Shown: piece after piece, positions 38,542 to 52,183 of the stretch
How positions within the stretch are numbered: position 1 is the stretch's first letter
Layout of the letters: each line of letters starts with the position of its first letter
DNA from: Priapulus caudatus
Lineage: Eukaryota
DNA: 64,000 bases
Direction of reading: 5' to 3'
Assembly: GCF_000485595.1 (NCBI RefSeq)
Contig: NW_014577078.1
Coordinates: 152,427 to 216,426 of the forward strand
Program-made: the position numbers and the translations under genes
Notes under the pieces: generated by a model
The model's input: the letters and a program-made list of their open reading frames with translations, nothing else
Database searches by the model: none
Told to the model about the DNA's origin: nothing

Positions 38542-39002
38542 TATACCTACGGTGAGCTTGCATATGTTGCAAAAATTCACTACAACTCATTTGTATTGCA
38601 TTCATAACATTTCTTCTCAAAATCTAAACGAAATTACTTCTCTTACGAACGTAGCACCACAGTGATGTTTATACATCCGGGACACAGTCACACAGCGGAG
38701 CAATCGGCTTGATTCATTAACAGTTCCTTTCTATGATAAAACAGGTTATAATTCATTCGATGTTTAACTCGGTACAAAATTTTAAAATTTGTTTAAATCA
38801 TATCTATATTACTTATGCAATCAGGAAACAAATATAGTGTTTTTGTTCCAGGAACTATTTACGCTAGAGTAGGGCTACTGCTAGCTTTGTAACAAAACCG
38901 CATTCGACAGTTTTCAAAATAGTCAACTTCAGAGGACATTTCTGGCTCAATGAGAACATTTCGTGATGTTTGCACACTGCAAGTATGCTCACAGTAGGTC
39001 TA
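38542..39002 (-). mobile_element. MITE copy B (internally deleted relative to 35035-35808)
   Basis: TIRs ACCTACGGTGAGC / GCTCACAGTAGGT; inverted homology to copy A. Confidence 0.7.
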
Positions 39003-39169
39003 TAAGAGCTTTTTGTTGCGAGGTTTATCCGTTTTAACATTTGGAAACAGAAACATCTAAGCTACTGGAACATCACAATCTAAAACCCATTTCTTTAGCA
39101 ACTGAGTTATCCATGTTTAACCCTACAGTTTCTAACTTCGTCTGTAAGTTATTACGAATTATTAATTAT

Positions 39170-39690
39170 TAAGAATGTACAGTGAGCCTCATCAAGAATG
39201 CTGGTGTTCGTTCGATGGTCTTCCCAGTTTATATGCAGGATTCGTCTGAGGCAGTGCTGATGATAAATTTCTATTGCCTTTAGATGTCGCCTGTATGTTG
39301 TCCATGATTCTGAGCAGTAGAGAAGAGTTGGTAATGCAACTGCTTTATACACAAGGATTTTAGTGTCCACTGTTAAACGTCTATTATCGAAAACCCTCTT
39401 GCGAAGCAGCCCAAAAACTGAGCCAGCAGCATGGAGGTGGTGTTGAACCTCAGCGTCAATATCTGCTTTTGACGAAAGGAAGCTGCCCAAGTAGGGGAAG
39501 TTCCCTACATTGTCTATAACTGATCTAACGATTGCGATGGATGGGGACGTAGCTATTTCACGTGGGGCTGTCTGGTTGAGGACCGGAATCTTCTTGATGT
39601 TAATGGACAAACCGAGTCTTCGGTAAGCATAGTCGAAGGTGCTAAGAATTTATTGCAGGTCTTTCTCTGAGGTAGCACATATGCAGTTCA
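39170..39690 (-). mobile_element. RTE-clade LINE reverse-transcriptase C-terminal fragment
   Basis: FPYLGSFLS...KILVYKAVALPTLLYCSESWTTYRRHLKAIEIYHQHCLRRILHINWED, typical of RTE/BovB. Confidence 0.85.
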
Positions 39691-40259
39691 AATGTTCAAA
39701 TGGTTGTAATGTATAGATACGCAGTAAAATTATGGAAGATGCCAGCCATTAAAAAAAACAGTATTTAACAATCCAAGCATGCAACATCTAATAAAATATA
39801 GAATTTAAAATATTTTTTATTAATATATGAGTTATAGCAGTTTTTATAGACATTTTTGCATTATAGCTTGTAATATACATGGCCTGCTGATGTCACAGAC
39901 TATAATCACATATTTTGGCAATAGCGTTATAGAATTATAATAGATTAAAACTAGTTGGATTTTGGCTGAAATTATGTCAGTTATTAATTCTCATAAATGA
40001 GAACATACAAAACAAATATACATGTGAAACTGATTGACCGATGTCACAGAGACTATTATTACATATTTTGTCAAACAGCTATATTTTAAAATAAAATAAA
40101 ATTTATAAATAGCATCAAGAGCTTATTAAGAAGGAGAGCGTACAACGGTGAAATGCTGAAACCATGTTGCAGTATTAGTCGAATTAAGAAACTTTGCCCG
40201 TTTTATTTTGACGATTCTTTGCGGTAGTATTGATCAGCTGTCCTACCTTACTGATATAA

Positions 40260-41800
40260 AACAAACCGCTTGTCCCTACGATGCTCCTATGCTGAGATAA
40301 TGAGCGGTGAAAATCTGAGCGATACACGCGAGGTTTCCCGAAGCTATCTCAAAGCGAGAGAGGGTCGCAGCCAAGCATTTGTTGGTTTGGTTATCTTGGA
40401 AATAACTCTAATGCTCTCCATGCGCATGAGCGCGTCCTTTACCTTTTTGTACAGCGGTATTGGGATGCGACGCGGCATTGAGATTGAGTACGGTTGCGCA
40501 CTGTCCTCAATTTTTATCTCGTAGTCACCTTTCATCGTACCAAGTGATGAAAACAGTTCTGGAAATTGACTTTTCCACTTTGTAGCTTAGCATTTGACAG
40601 ACCTCACTGCCGACACGAGGTTGAGTTTCCTGATAGATGGCTGGATCGCCAAGAAGTGGCTTCGTAAGATCACGAACGACGTAGATATCGTTTATCGCGA
40701 CGCACGAACCTTTTTCGAGTTTTCCAAGAAACATCCCGGCAGTGACGAGTTTGGAACCAGCAGCTCATACTAGGACCTTGGCCGGCCTGACTAACTTTCC
40801 ATAGCGTTCGCAGTATATTTTCAATGGCATACACGTAACCTCGGCACCTGTATCGATTTTCCACACAATGTTCGAATCCGCTATTTTTACTTTGCTTTGC
40901 TACGAAAGATCCTCCACTGTTTCAGATTGTACTGCTCCCATGAAAGCGGATGCGGGGTCACCCTCCGAACCAACCTGGTTGACAGATTTGCGAATTCTGC
41001 AATGCATTTTATAATGGCCAATTTTTTGGCAAAAACGGCATTCTACACTTTTGGCTGGACACGGCTTTTTATTATGCAGCGGTTGTCCACAGTTCGGACA
41101 CGACTTCCAAGCCTGCTTTCTAGGCTGAAACTGCTTATGACTGCTACTACTATTATGCGGCGGTGTAGGCGGCAGACGTTTGGGACGCCTTTGAGCATTT
41201 TGACGTTTTTGAACTTTGGCTACCGCCACCGGCATGGGTTGCTTCTGAATTGTTTTGCTCTGGCGAGCCTTGTCCATGGCAGTTCTAAGCGACAAGTCTG
41301 CGTCAAGTTGCAGACGTTCTGACAATTTGCTGTCCTTAAGTCCTACCACAATCCTATCCAGGATTAATTCGTCATGAAGTGTACCAAAGTCGCACTTTTC
41401 CGCAAGAGTGAAAAGATCAGTGATGAACGAATCCACAGGTTCATCCTCCTTCTGGAAACGTTGATTAAATTTTGCCCGTTCGAAAATTACATTTTTCTTA
41501 TGTACAAAATATCCATCCAGTTTGGCTTTAGTGAGTCCGTAACTCTTTTTTCATCCTCCGTTAGTTTCAGTGACATTAGAATGTCATCCGCTTCATCACC
41601 CATTGAGTAGATGTGTGTGTCTATTTGTTCTGGCTCTCTATTTTCTGAGAGACCAGACACCTGTCGGAATCTTTCGAACCATCTGATCCATTTTGACCAG
41701 CCCTGCGGCTTCGAAGTCGAATGACTCAGGTGGTTGGACTTGGAACTGTGCCATAGTCACTACCACAGGGAAGGGCAGAACGTTTGTAAAGTTCCACATA
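40260..41800 (-). mobile_element. Decayed Ty3/Gypsy retrotransposon (gag, protease, RT start)
   Basis: gag PPESFDF...FITDLFTLAEKCDFG...DRIVVGL with a CX2CX4HX4C knuckle (CRFCQKIGHYKMHC); protease KIDTGAEVT near 40830-40860; PRRIPIPL RT-proximal motif; frameshifted. Confidence 0.85.
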
Positions 41801-41929
41801 ATATAGTCGGAAGTCACTGCTGATCCGAAAATCCAGTAGGATCGGAAACTAACAGCTTGTGTAGCATGCACTACGTTACCACATCGACATGTTTACCACA
41901 TCAACATGGGCAAAATGAGGAAACCGGGG

Positions 41930-44210
41930 CATCACCACTGGCCTATTTACTGCCTCTACAGTCTTTTACGATTCTCCAACCAGAGCCGATGGGGGGGGGA
42001 TCTCACGACATGATTGAAGGCTTCGCTTCCAGATTGCTGCTTGATAGTTGGCACGAGAAGCATGCTTCAGTAAGCAGTTAGCGCATGGCGGTAATTGAGT
42101 TGATTCAATGTTCCCCTTCTTGGCACAGAACAACCTGTACCTGAGCTCGTTGGTGTCGTTTGTGCTAGGTTGAGAGCTATACAACTGACATGTGAAGTGC
42201 TGGAGGTTTTCAACCACATCATCCGAAAGCTCATTCCATTCCTAACTGGACAAGTTGAAGGGCTCCAATCTTCCCCCGTCCAGAGAATGCGCTCACCATA
42301 TCACATCCCGTGAAAGCATGCATACCAAGGAGGCATTTGCAAAGTTCTAGTCCTACTGCCTGCACTACACTAGAGATGCTGACATATCTGGTTCGTGTCT
42401 GTGTTCCACACTTAAAGTACATGGATATGGGAATAAAGTTCTTTAATGCCAGGCATAGTATGAATACCTCGGTATCTTCTGATGCTACGATCACTGACTC
42501 ATAGCCATACCTGGCTGCATGAGCTGCATGGAGCATAAGCCTGGTGGCGGCTTCTTTGTGGGTTGAGGTGAGTTCTTCAGCCATCTCGGCAGGTGCTGAG
42601 GAAATCCGGTAGCACTTATCGTCTCATGTAACAAAGAGTGTCTTGTCTGTCAGCTTTTTTCTGTACTTGTCTCCTCTCTACTCCTTTGCTACGAATGCTG
42701 TAAAGACTTTCTTATTTTTGGGGTTGATGAGGAATTTTCTTCACTGCTGTACTTTGTGTTCCGGTTGAATGTTTCTCAACTCGTTTCCAAATTTAGAGCC
42801 TCTTTTCTCTGTCTGTGTTTTTGATGGAGGGTTTCTTGTACACATCGAAGACAACATCTATTCTCTTGGAAGACAATCCTTCATGCAGTGCCATATGCAC
42901 CAGAGAAACAGCGACCTCGGCAAACGTCTTGCGATCCCCTTTAAGTCTCTGTACGAGGGCCATACCGTCAATTATACATGCTGATGGCTGTGGAATCGCA
43001 TCTACTGCTGGCACACTCTTCTGTAGTTCTTTCGCCAGGGATGCTTTGTTTGTTTTCCTCAATGACCATCTGCTGTGGATAACGACCATGGAAGGGGTCC
43101 TAGTGGATGACGAAGAACCTCCCTCGTTTGGAGCTTCCTGTTTTCTGCGATGATGATCATATGAGCAAACAACGCTTGATCAGCTTTCAGGATAATCTCT
43201 TTCGCCATTCTAGTCTGGACTCGCACCTTTTTCTTGAGCTCGCTAAACGTCTGAATCTTTGCCTTGCTGATGGTGTTGTGGAACTTGGCTTGTGGCGGTG
43301 ATGACTCCAGTTGCTGCACACGGAAGGTTTCATATGCTTTCTCCCCGATAGCTTTCGCATTGAGGAGATCTTGCTCAATCTTTGCAGTGGCGACTTTGCC
43401 GGTTGATAGACATGCCAGATCTTGTGGTTCGCTGGCGAATGGATTTAACGAGTGGCTTTGCAGCTTTTCTAGCACAGACTTGACATCGGCCTCATCTCTT
43501 GCGATTCTACTGCTTTAGAAATCATTGTGTCGGGCAGACGATTTGTTAAAATCTAGCATGTTTTTCATCTGCTTTAAGAATACACTGCGGTATTCAGCTA
43601 CGTGATAGTACTTGCTGACTGCTCCTTGTTTGAGGCTGAACCCCTTGGTACCCCCTGGCGTTTGCGTGTCTGTTGTTACAGTCTCTTTGCATATTTGGTC
43701 CACAGGAATTCTACCAAACGGGTTTTCTTCACCTATCTGGACCGAGAATCCACCGGACTGAAGATATCCCCAAGCTTCTGGATGATCCGCTTCGATGTTA
43801 GACATTTCCAACAGATACGCAGTTAGGTACCGAGCATAGTTAAGGTTGTTTTAAACAAAGCACCAAAGAATCATTTGCCTGATGGCCAATAGATGCAGCT
43901 CTCAATTTCCCTCTCTGGGTGCTCTCAGTAATCCTAACATAATCTCCACGATGTCCATATAAGACATCCAGAAGCTCGACAGTTTCCCATTACTGTCGCG
44001 GAGATAGTCCAGGTACGTGTCATAAAGTTCGATGAAGTCTGGGAAAGAAGAACTCGTCATGACTTCCTGAAATTCTCTCTGGGATAGATCATCATATAGA
44101 GACATCAGTCTCTCAAAGAAATCTTCAACAAACGCCTTTCTGTCTCATGTTCAACCCACGACTGAAATCCTGCCCAGGCCAGTCTCTGGAGTGCCTCGTA
44201 CATCAGTTTG
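41930..44210 (-). mobile_element. Decayed Academ-like DNA transposon (transposase region + XPG/PIN-like nuclease)
   Basis: Frameshifted ORFs with DQICKETVTTDTQTPGG, IIDGMALVQ...RIDVVFDVY, HKEAATRLMLHAAHAA...SEDTEV, HAFTGCDMVSAFSGRGK and LPPC...HASRANYQAAIWK. Confidence 0.75.
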
Positions 44211-44934
44211 TTTGCTGGAGTCAGCGTGTTTTTTTAATTTTCACGTTATTCCTATAACAATTTTGTCTTTGACCAACTCTGATTAAAATTTATAACAGTC
44301 TTTTTTTTGTTTATCAAGAACATACCTCTAAAAATTCGGGCATTGAACGATTTTGCGGGAGTTTCATTTGGAGCCTCGTTTCTATGCTGAAGCAAAATTT
44401 TGCGAAAATTCAAATTAACAAATCTACAAGAAAGCTACTATACTACTTCAGAAAGGTAATCATACAAATTTCAAAACACCTTGGGCTAGAGTACCATCTG
44501 ATAGCACTAACAATTTGTCCTTCGATTTGGTACCGAAAGCTGGTCTGGTCCATGTACTGTAATATCAAAACGAGGCTACATACATTAGTAGTTCCATGAG
44601 CTACGCTCTGATGGCGCTGTTGTTACATAGAGTGCCTAACGTTCTGACGTTCGTTTCCCTCTGCGTTGTCTGTTAGTGCATCATGTGGTTCATCAGATGG
44701 TAACTCAACGATTGCTTCATCATCCATTACTCCTTCTCCATCTGCGACTGAATGTACACGTTTGAATTTTGACAGATTACGTGTAACACCTGATCTCTCC
44801 CCCACCCGCTGTTACCATGCTCTTTTTCCGATTCTGCACTTTGTATGGTCGTTGGTGGTATGGTGTAGACAGCTTGTTCGACCTTTGTTGCTTCACTGTG
44901 ACTGTATTACCGATTTGAATGCTACTCTAAGATA

Positions 44935-47493
44935 TAGATCTAATGCGGGCTAGCACATGTGAGACGGCTTTAAATTTCAGTGACTTCTGAACGGCAAGAT
45001 TCAGTGTATGAGCTAGACAGCCTATATGGATGCAAGATCCTAATAATGTGCCGGCCTTCAGCATGTTTGCAGCATTGTCAGAGACCAAAGGTGGAACTCC
45101 AAGAGCAAATGGAAGGCCCCACTTCGTCAGTGCTGTCTTGAGAACCTCCGCTATGTTCTCAGCTGAAATTGAACAATAAGAAAGTCATACGGGTGCTACA
45201 TACAGCTATCAAATTATTCAATCTATTTAAATGTTAAAAGAAACTTTTTTTAAATGCCTAAAATGGAATTTATCACAGGCGAGGTGAATAATTTAAAACA
45301 ATGAAATGAAAACTGGATGGTGTGTGTGTGCGTGCGTGCGTGTGCGTGCGTGTGTGAGAGAGAGATTTGTACAAGAAATAGATGAATTTTAATGATATAA
45401 TTGTCAATATATATATATTGAATGTTTAAAAAATTTCTATTCTGTTATTGTTAAATTTATTCAGTACTGCATTCTACAATAAATAGACCAAGTAACAAAT
45501 TGTTGACATGTACCTATTAAATTATTAATTGTACAAATGTATTTGAATTTTACATGCAATGAAAATGGCTACAATCTGTTCTACAATATTGAAAGAAAAC
45601 ATACATTCATAGTGTGATTTTACTCGGAGGGATTTACTACGCAAGAACAAGAACATACCTGATATGCGGATTTTAGGTTTTCCTTTACAAGTGAAACTGT
45701 CTCGTGGTACATCTGTGGAACTATTACTTCAGCCAACTGTTTTCGTGACAGAATGGAGAAACGAGGGTCCAGCATTCTCACAAACTCCCGGAATTCTGCA
45801 CTTTCCACAATCCGATAGGGTCTCAAATCCTTGACAATAAACAATGTCAATTTTCTAACGATCTCTTTGACTTTATCTGATTTAGGATTGTACTTGCTCT
45901 TTTGGGCAAGAACAGTATTTTGGGTAGGTTGAGCAAACTTCACAACTGGCGGCTTGACTTCTGTACCAGGGGTGACCAGCTTTTGTGGATAGTGACGTCG
46001 CATATGAGACATCAGATTACTCGTGCCACCGCCAGCATTTTTCACAGCACTGCTGCACGTATTACATATTGCCACACTATCAACAATTTTTTCCGTTTTA
46101 CATATTTTTTTCAGGCCAAAATGTTTCCACACGTTCGATATGGACCGCTTGTTGCTCACTATTTCAAACTCCGGCTCATGCCCGTCTGCCATCTTTGTTG
46201 CTATCATTGAAGGTGTTTGTCTTCAAAGTTATCATCGCTCACGGTCATTTTACATAAGGCCAGCTATGCCTGCACAACAGACTGCAGACGTATTGTCTAG
46301 ACGCATTGTCTGGTTTGCTTGATACAATGTATACACATCACTTGATGCGTGCACGGGCCTAGCACAGTGTAGTGTACGTGCGTGTGTGTGATGCGCGCAT
46401 GGGACGCATACACTGTACGAGCGCGTGTGTATGATGCGTACACGGGTCGCACACAGTGTACACGCGCGTGTGTATGATGCGTGCATGGGACGCACTTAGT
46501 GTACGATTTGAAAGTCCTGAACATTGCTCCATTGGCGCCGACATTTTAAAATCACATGCCGATTCCTACGCTTTCATTGGTTGGTAAATATTTGTGGCTG
46601 AGCTGGATAGCTCAGGGAGACCGGGGACAGCCCTATAGACCGAAGGACCGATAGACCGAATATTGCAAAGGGTTAGGGTTAGGGTATATATATGGTTTAT
46701 AGTGGCATCATATGATTTATGGTGGCATCGGTGGATGTGCGGCATATTCACGTTCGAATACGGCATCAGTGGATGTTCGAATGCGTAGCTTGGAGGCTAG
46801 GCGACCGATTCCGGACGTGTAGCCACTGCGTATTTGAATAAACCTTCGGTCTATCGGGCCTTCGATCTATAGGGCTGTAACCGGGAGACCACACACGGTA
46901 AGTTTCTGGCCTCGCGAGGCCAGATATATCAAACACGCTAGATCGCCAAAAATCGTGCAGAATTTAGTTACCCGCACACGGTGAGCTATCTGCTGAGCCA
47001 ACGGCCTCGCGCGTCAGCTCAGCAGATAGCTCACCGTGTGCGGAGGGCTTTAGTGAAACGCACTCGTGATCGATCGCGCCCCGTTCTCCCATCAAAGGCA
47101 CTGCTGCCGCGCTCAGAAAAACGCCTGGCAGTCGCCGCGTCGCGTTATTCTTGTAATCTGCTATAGTTTGTAATTCCTTTGGAACAAACATGAGTGAGAG
47201 TAGGAGTGTCGTACGGCTAGAATCAGTCTGAGGTAATGAAGTATGTACAAATAAAACAGCGCAGACAGACTAGGCATATAGAATAGGTGCTGGAGATACG
47301 CGAATATAGCGTGAATGGTGTCGATTGACGGAGATGAATTTATAAAGCTATGCAATGACGAAGAAGTGAAATAAAATTGATGTGATAAAAATAGCTAAAG
47401 AAAGCTGGTACATCACTACACCACACAAAGTACCGCGGTACGTACCGGTACAGGTCACGTACCGCGGTATACCGGTAATACCGCGCACCTCTC
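44935..47493 (-). mobile_element. Decayed hAT (ZBED1/Ac-like) transposon with intron-split transposase
   Basis: BED finger SNVWKHF...CNTC...GTSNLMSHMRRH (45659-46207); DDE segment VSDNAANM...CLAHTLNLAVQ (44935-45162); hAT-like end with TACCG/CGGTA repeats at 47430-47493. Confidence 0.8.
46622..46883. mobile_element. MITE with 6-bp TSD and central TTAGGG repeats
   Basis: GGAGAC|CGGGGACAGCCCTATAGACCGAAGG...CCTTCGATCTATAGGGCTGTAACCG|GGAGAC. Confidence 0.75.
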
Positions 47494-47653
47494 GTGCGTA
47501 CTACCCACTCGTGCCTTTGACCAAAATAACAGAAAAATACTCAATCAACAACTCTACAATCATACCTACGTGTAATATTGTGTTTTTGATTCTTCGTTAC
47601 AGTAATTTGACTGGGAAATTTTATTGTTTTTCTTTGCGCGATAATCGAAAACC

Positions 47654-47820
47654 AAAATGGCGATCATTTAGGCGTAGCGCCATCTCTCGCCCAGATTTCA
47701 GACTTTCATATCTGAAACATTTATTTTCGCATCAAAAATTACGCATATATAATTATCAAGAGTATATAATGGGAGATATGGTATATAATGGTGAGCTATA
47801 GTGTCATTGACACTTTCATT
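47654..47820 (+). mobile_element. HINE family 2, 3' fragment
   Basis: Matches 29430-29550 and ends GGTGAGCTATAGTGTCATTGACAC. Confidence 0.65.
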
Positions 47821-50769
47821 ATTTCTTACTCTGAATGAACCCATTCTACCATTTCTATTATAAATCAAAGCTACTATGTAAGCAACAATCTATCTAAATT
47901 CCAACATCTACTCGCTTCCCTTGTACTATGATTTCACTTTTGTACAAAGTCCTAGATATCTGGGTGGGCAGATGATTCTTCAAGATCTAGTCATAGCTCG
48001 TGGTTGACTTTCCCTTTTGGGTTGTGGTTGCTGAATTTTTATGCAAGGTTGACCGACAGCTGGCCTCCGGTCATCACCGTAGTAGGTCTGACGAGGCCCT
48101 TCTGCAGTCTTTCGAAGATGTCGTCGGTTTCGACGGTACTGGCCACCATCCTCAGTTACCACTTTGTATGATCTCAGGTGCGATGTATTTTGTGCAATTG
48201 TCCCCTCCTCCATTGCTTGTGTTGTTGCGATGGCTGCATACGCACCACATCCTCCGGCTTCAGTTGTGGCAGGTTCCTTGCATATCAATTATAGTAGAAG
48301 GCTTGTTTCTGTTTTGCCTCCTTCATCTGAGTGCCAACACCCGTAGGTACCATTGAGCATAACAAGGTCGGTGACATTGGGTGGGTAGTCCTTGTCCTGC
48401 GGTTCATTAGCCTCTGGACTGGGCTGGAATCAAACCCTTCGGTATGTGTATTCCTGAACGCAAGAAAGCTCAGATACGTGTATGTTTGTGCTTCCTTCGA
48501 CTTCTTCAGGAGTGTCTTAGCTATCTTTACAGCATTCTCAGCTTTTCCGTTGGCTTGCGAGTAGTGAGGCGATGTCGCGGAGTGCTTGAATTCCCATTTG
48601 ACAACAAACCTCTGAAACTCATCTGAGATGAATGTCTGCCATTATCTTATATAAACTGGAATCCCATGTGCAAATTGTGTTTTTAGTTTGTGAATTACAG
48701 CCGAAAATGTAGTCGTGGTCAAATGGTCTATCTCAAAAAAAAATTGAGAAATAGTCCACCATCACCAGGTAATTCTTGGCATCCAGCACAAATAGATCTG
48801 CTGCTACCTTTGCCCAAGGTCTGGTTGGTGCATCCTGTGGATACATGGGCTTCTTCTGCTGTTTGGTGGCCATTGACAGGCACACGTCACATTTCCTTAT
48901 GTAATCTTTCACCTCTGAATTCATTCCTGGCCAAAATATGGTTTCTCTCGCTCTCTTCAGACAGTTATTTTCACCCAGATTTGATGAATAAATGCGATCC
49001 AGCATATGCCTTCTCATAGCCTTGGGAATCACCACTCTCTCACCCTTATAGATCAATATTAGATCATGAGCTGTGCTTAGCTCATCTCGGTAGTGAACGT
49101 ACGCTGTGACACCTTGTGGGAGTTGTTCTGTTTTCTCTGGCCATCCTCTCAAGACTGTTGCACGTAATTCTTGCAGCATCTCATCTTGTACTGTGCCTTG
49201 CCGCAACTTTCTCATCAGTGGTTCTGCAATGCGTGGATGACTGAGCAAGTTCACCTGTTCGATCTCTTTCTTCCTTGTCTTTCCCTTTACCAGGAAGTTA
49301 TGCACGACTCATGTGTCGGCAATATACATTTGACTTCCGGGAAGATAGCCTATGTGCGCATCATATGTTTACAGTCGTAGAATCAAACGTTGCAATCGCT
49401 TTGGAGCTCATGCATGTTCTTGGTGACGATTACTTCAAGCGGCTTGAGATCACTCTGTACGTGCACTCGCCTGCCATACGTATATTGGTGGTTTCTTCCC
49501 AAACCAAACGTAACAGCAAGTAGCTCCTCGATTTGGGCATACCTTGTCTCAGCATCTGTCAGAGCTCTGCTTGCATATGCTATCGGCTGACCATCCTGCA
49601 TAATGGTAGCTCCCATGCCCTTCTCAGAAGCATCAGCCTGCAGCGTCAGCTCCTTCTTGTCGTCAAAGTACTGTAGCACTGGCTCTGCTGCCACCATCTC
49701 TTTGATGTGCTCCACTGCCTGTTCATGGATATATAACCAACATCATTCCACCTCCTTCCTTGTGAGTTGACGGAGAGGTTCGCAACTCTCACTCAAGTGT
49801 GGTAGGAATTTGCTTAGGATGTGCACGAATCCCAAAAATCGTTGGATTTATGCTACGTCTGTTGTACTGGGCATCTCGTTCACTGCCTGTACCTTCGCTG
49901 GGTCTGGCTTGAGACCACGTGATGTAAACAGATGTTCCATGAATGCAACTTCCTTCATCTTAAACTTGAGCTTTTGCTTATTGAGCTTTACATTCTTTTC
50001 TACGCATCAGTGCTCTCAGCTTCTGGTCATGGTCTAGCTCTGCATCTCTCAGCGACTCTCCTTCCCCATAGACCAGTATGTCATCTGCTATGGTTTTGAT
50101 ACTGCCTAACCCTTGAAGGGTCTCGTCCAGCCTCCTCTGAAATTCCTCAGGTCCCGAATTGATACCAAATGGCATCCTTTTCCATCGATATCTTCCGAAT
50201 GGTGTATTGAACGTCGTTAAGTAGGAGGTTTTTTCCTCAGGTTCAACATGCCAGAACCCATTCTTGGCATCTATGACAGTAAACATCTTCGCCTTGTTCA
50301 TGTCCGGGAGTACATCTCCAATTGTCTCCATTGGGTAGTGGTTTTGTTTCACGGCTTTGTTCAAATCCTGGGGTCTAGACAAATCCTTAGTTTGTTTGGC
50401 TTGTCGATGCATACTAGGCTAGATACCCACGGCGTTGGTTTATCGACCGGCGCAATGATTTCTGCTTCTGTCAGCTTTCCCAGTTCTGCTTTCAACCTGT
50501 CTTTCAATGCCACTGGAACACGCCTGAGTGGATGCACTACTGGTGATATGTAAGGGTCTACTTCTACCTTGTACTTGCCCTCTAGCAGTCCAACACCTTC
50601 ATATACATCATTGAACTTATCAATGAGTTGCTTGGCCGTATTAATTCGAGCCATTGTTCCCAACTGTAAGATGCAGTCACGATGAACTTTTATCAGTCCC
50701 ATTTCCTGCAGGCCATCATCCATCGCTTTGATAACCTAAACCTAACCTTTTTCACATTTTCTTTACTGC

Positions 50770-51380
50770 TGTTAATTAAATTTTTGAATGAAGCCACATC
50801 AGGAGCAGTCTGGGTAATAATAGGTGGTAGTGCATTCCATGTTGGTATTGTCCGGAGATAAAGAGAGTATCTATAACAGTGTTTGTTGGGACAGATGACA
50901 TTATAATTAAGTTCAAGGGTTTGATGAGCAGTAGGTTTAGCTGACGCATTTCTTGCCAGGTGGTGACTGATGTTTGATGGAGTAAGTTTGTGAGTTTCTT
51001 TGTATATAGCTATGACACGTGCCTTTTCCCTTCTGTCTTGAAGTGTATCCAAGTTCAGATCACGAAGTATATCAGTAACGCTGCTGGTGCGTCTGTAGTC
51101 ATTTTTCACAAATCTAACAGCCCTCTGGACCTTTTCTAAATTGTCCTGGTGAATTTTCTGGTACGGATCCCAGATTGGGCTGCAATATTCCAGCCTTGGC
51201 CTCACAAAGGTTTTATAAGCAATTTCTTTGGTACGAGGGGAACACTTCCAAAGGTTCCTTTTCAGCAAACCCAAAATACTGTTTGCTTCGTTAACGGTCT
51301 GATTTATGTGTTTAGCCCAAAATAAATTGCTGGATATCTCAATCCCCAAGTAAGGTTTCCTCCTATTTACAAAGAGAGTT
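50770..51380 (-). mobile_element. CR1/L2-group LINE 3' fragment inserted in the Gypsy element
   Basis: YLGIEISSNLFWAKHIN...AYKTFVRPRLEYCSPIWDPYQK...RTIPTWNALP. Confidence 0.85.
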
Positions 51381-52183
51381 TATGTCTTCCTGTAAGGTAT
51401 CACAGTCCTCAGGGGAGTTGATAGTCTTGTGTAGTCACATCTGTCTTGAATTGTAGACTGAAATGGTTTTTCTTACCGCATCTGGTGCATTGTTACCATA
51501 CACAGGGCACTTTTCCTTGACTATCTCATGCTGTCGTCCACAGTATCGACATTTCCTCATCCTATACGACTGAGCATCTTGCTGCTTGATTTGAGACAGT
51601 ACGTGCATGTTTCCTGAGCTGCCTTTTTTCTTCATAATCTTGTGCTTTATTGCATGTAGAGATGACGGTCCATCAATCACCCCCAGTCTATTCTTGGACA
51701 ACTCAGAAGCACGGCATGTCTGGACACACTGTTCCAGCGTCAACTCAGCCTCTCTGAGCAGTCTCTCTCTCAGCACAGTCTCTTATGCCGCACACAATGC
51801 GGTCACGAATAAGGCTGTTGTGTAATTGTGTGAAATTGCAGTTAGCTGCTAGCAGTTTGAGTTCTGTCAGATAAGATTCAAACGTTGGCATTCATGGTTC
51901 TCATTTGATGAGTAGTCTGTTCATTCGCTTTGCAAATGTCAAAACTGTTTTAAGTGTCAGTTTCGGGAGTTGCAAAAGCTTCTTTCTGGTGGAATTGTCT
52001 CTGATCCCGATTACCAGTCGGTCACGGATCAAATTGTCTTCCAGTTTTTGACGACGTCTGCGTGTGGACAATACACAACTTGGTCCGCAAATGCAGACGT
52101 TATAACTCCGCTTTGCTAATCTGAGGGTGCGGGTTTACCATTACTGGGGTCTGCGTCGGCTTGGACTATACACAACTGTACTT

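Noticed and set aside
41966..42584. Host FEN1/XPG nuclease gene
   Set aside because: Multiple frameshifts and stops, no introns, and contiguous with Academ-like transposase motifs.
45620..46207. Domesticated ZBED host gene
   Set aside because: Flanked by a hAT terminus, lacks the first catalytic region and is truncated downstream; better explained as a TE remnant.
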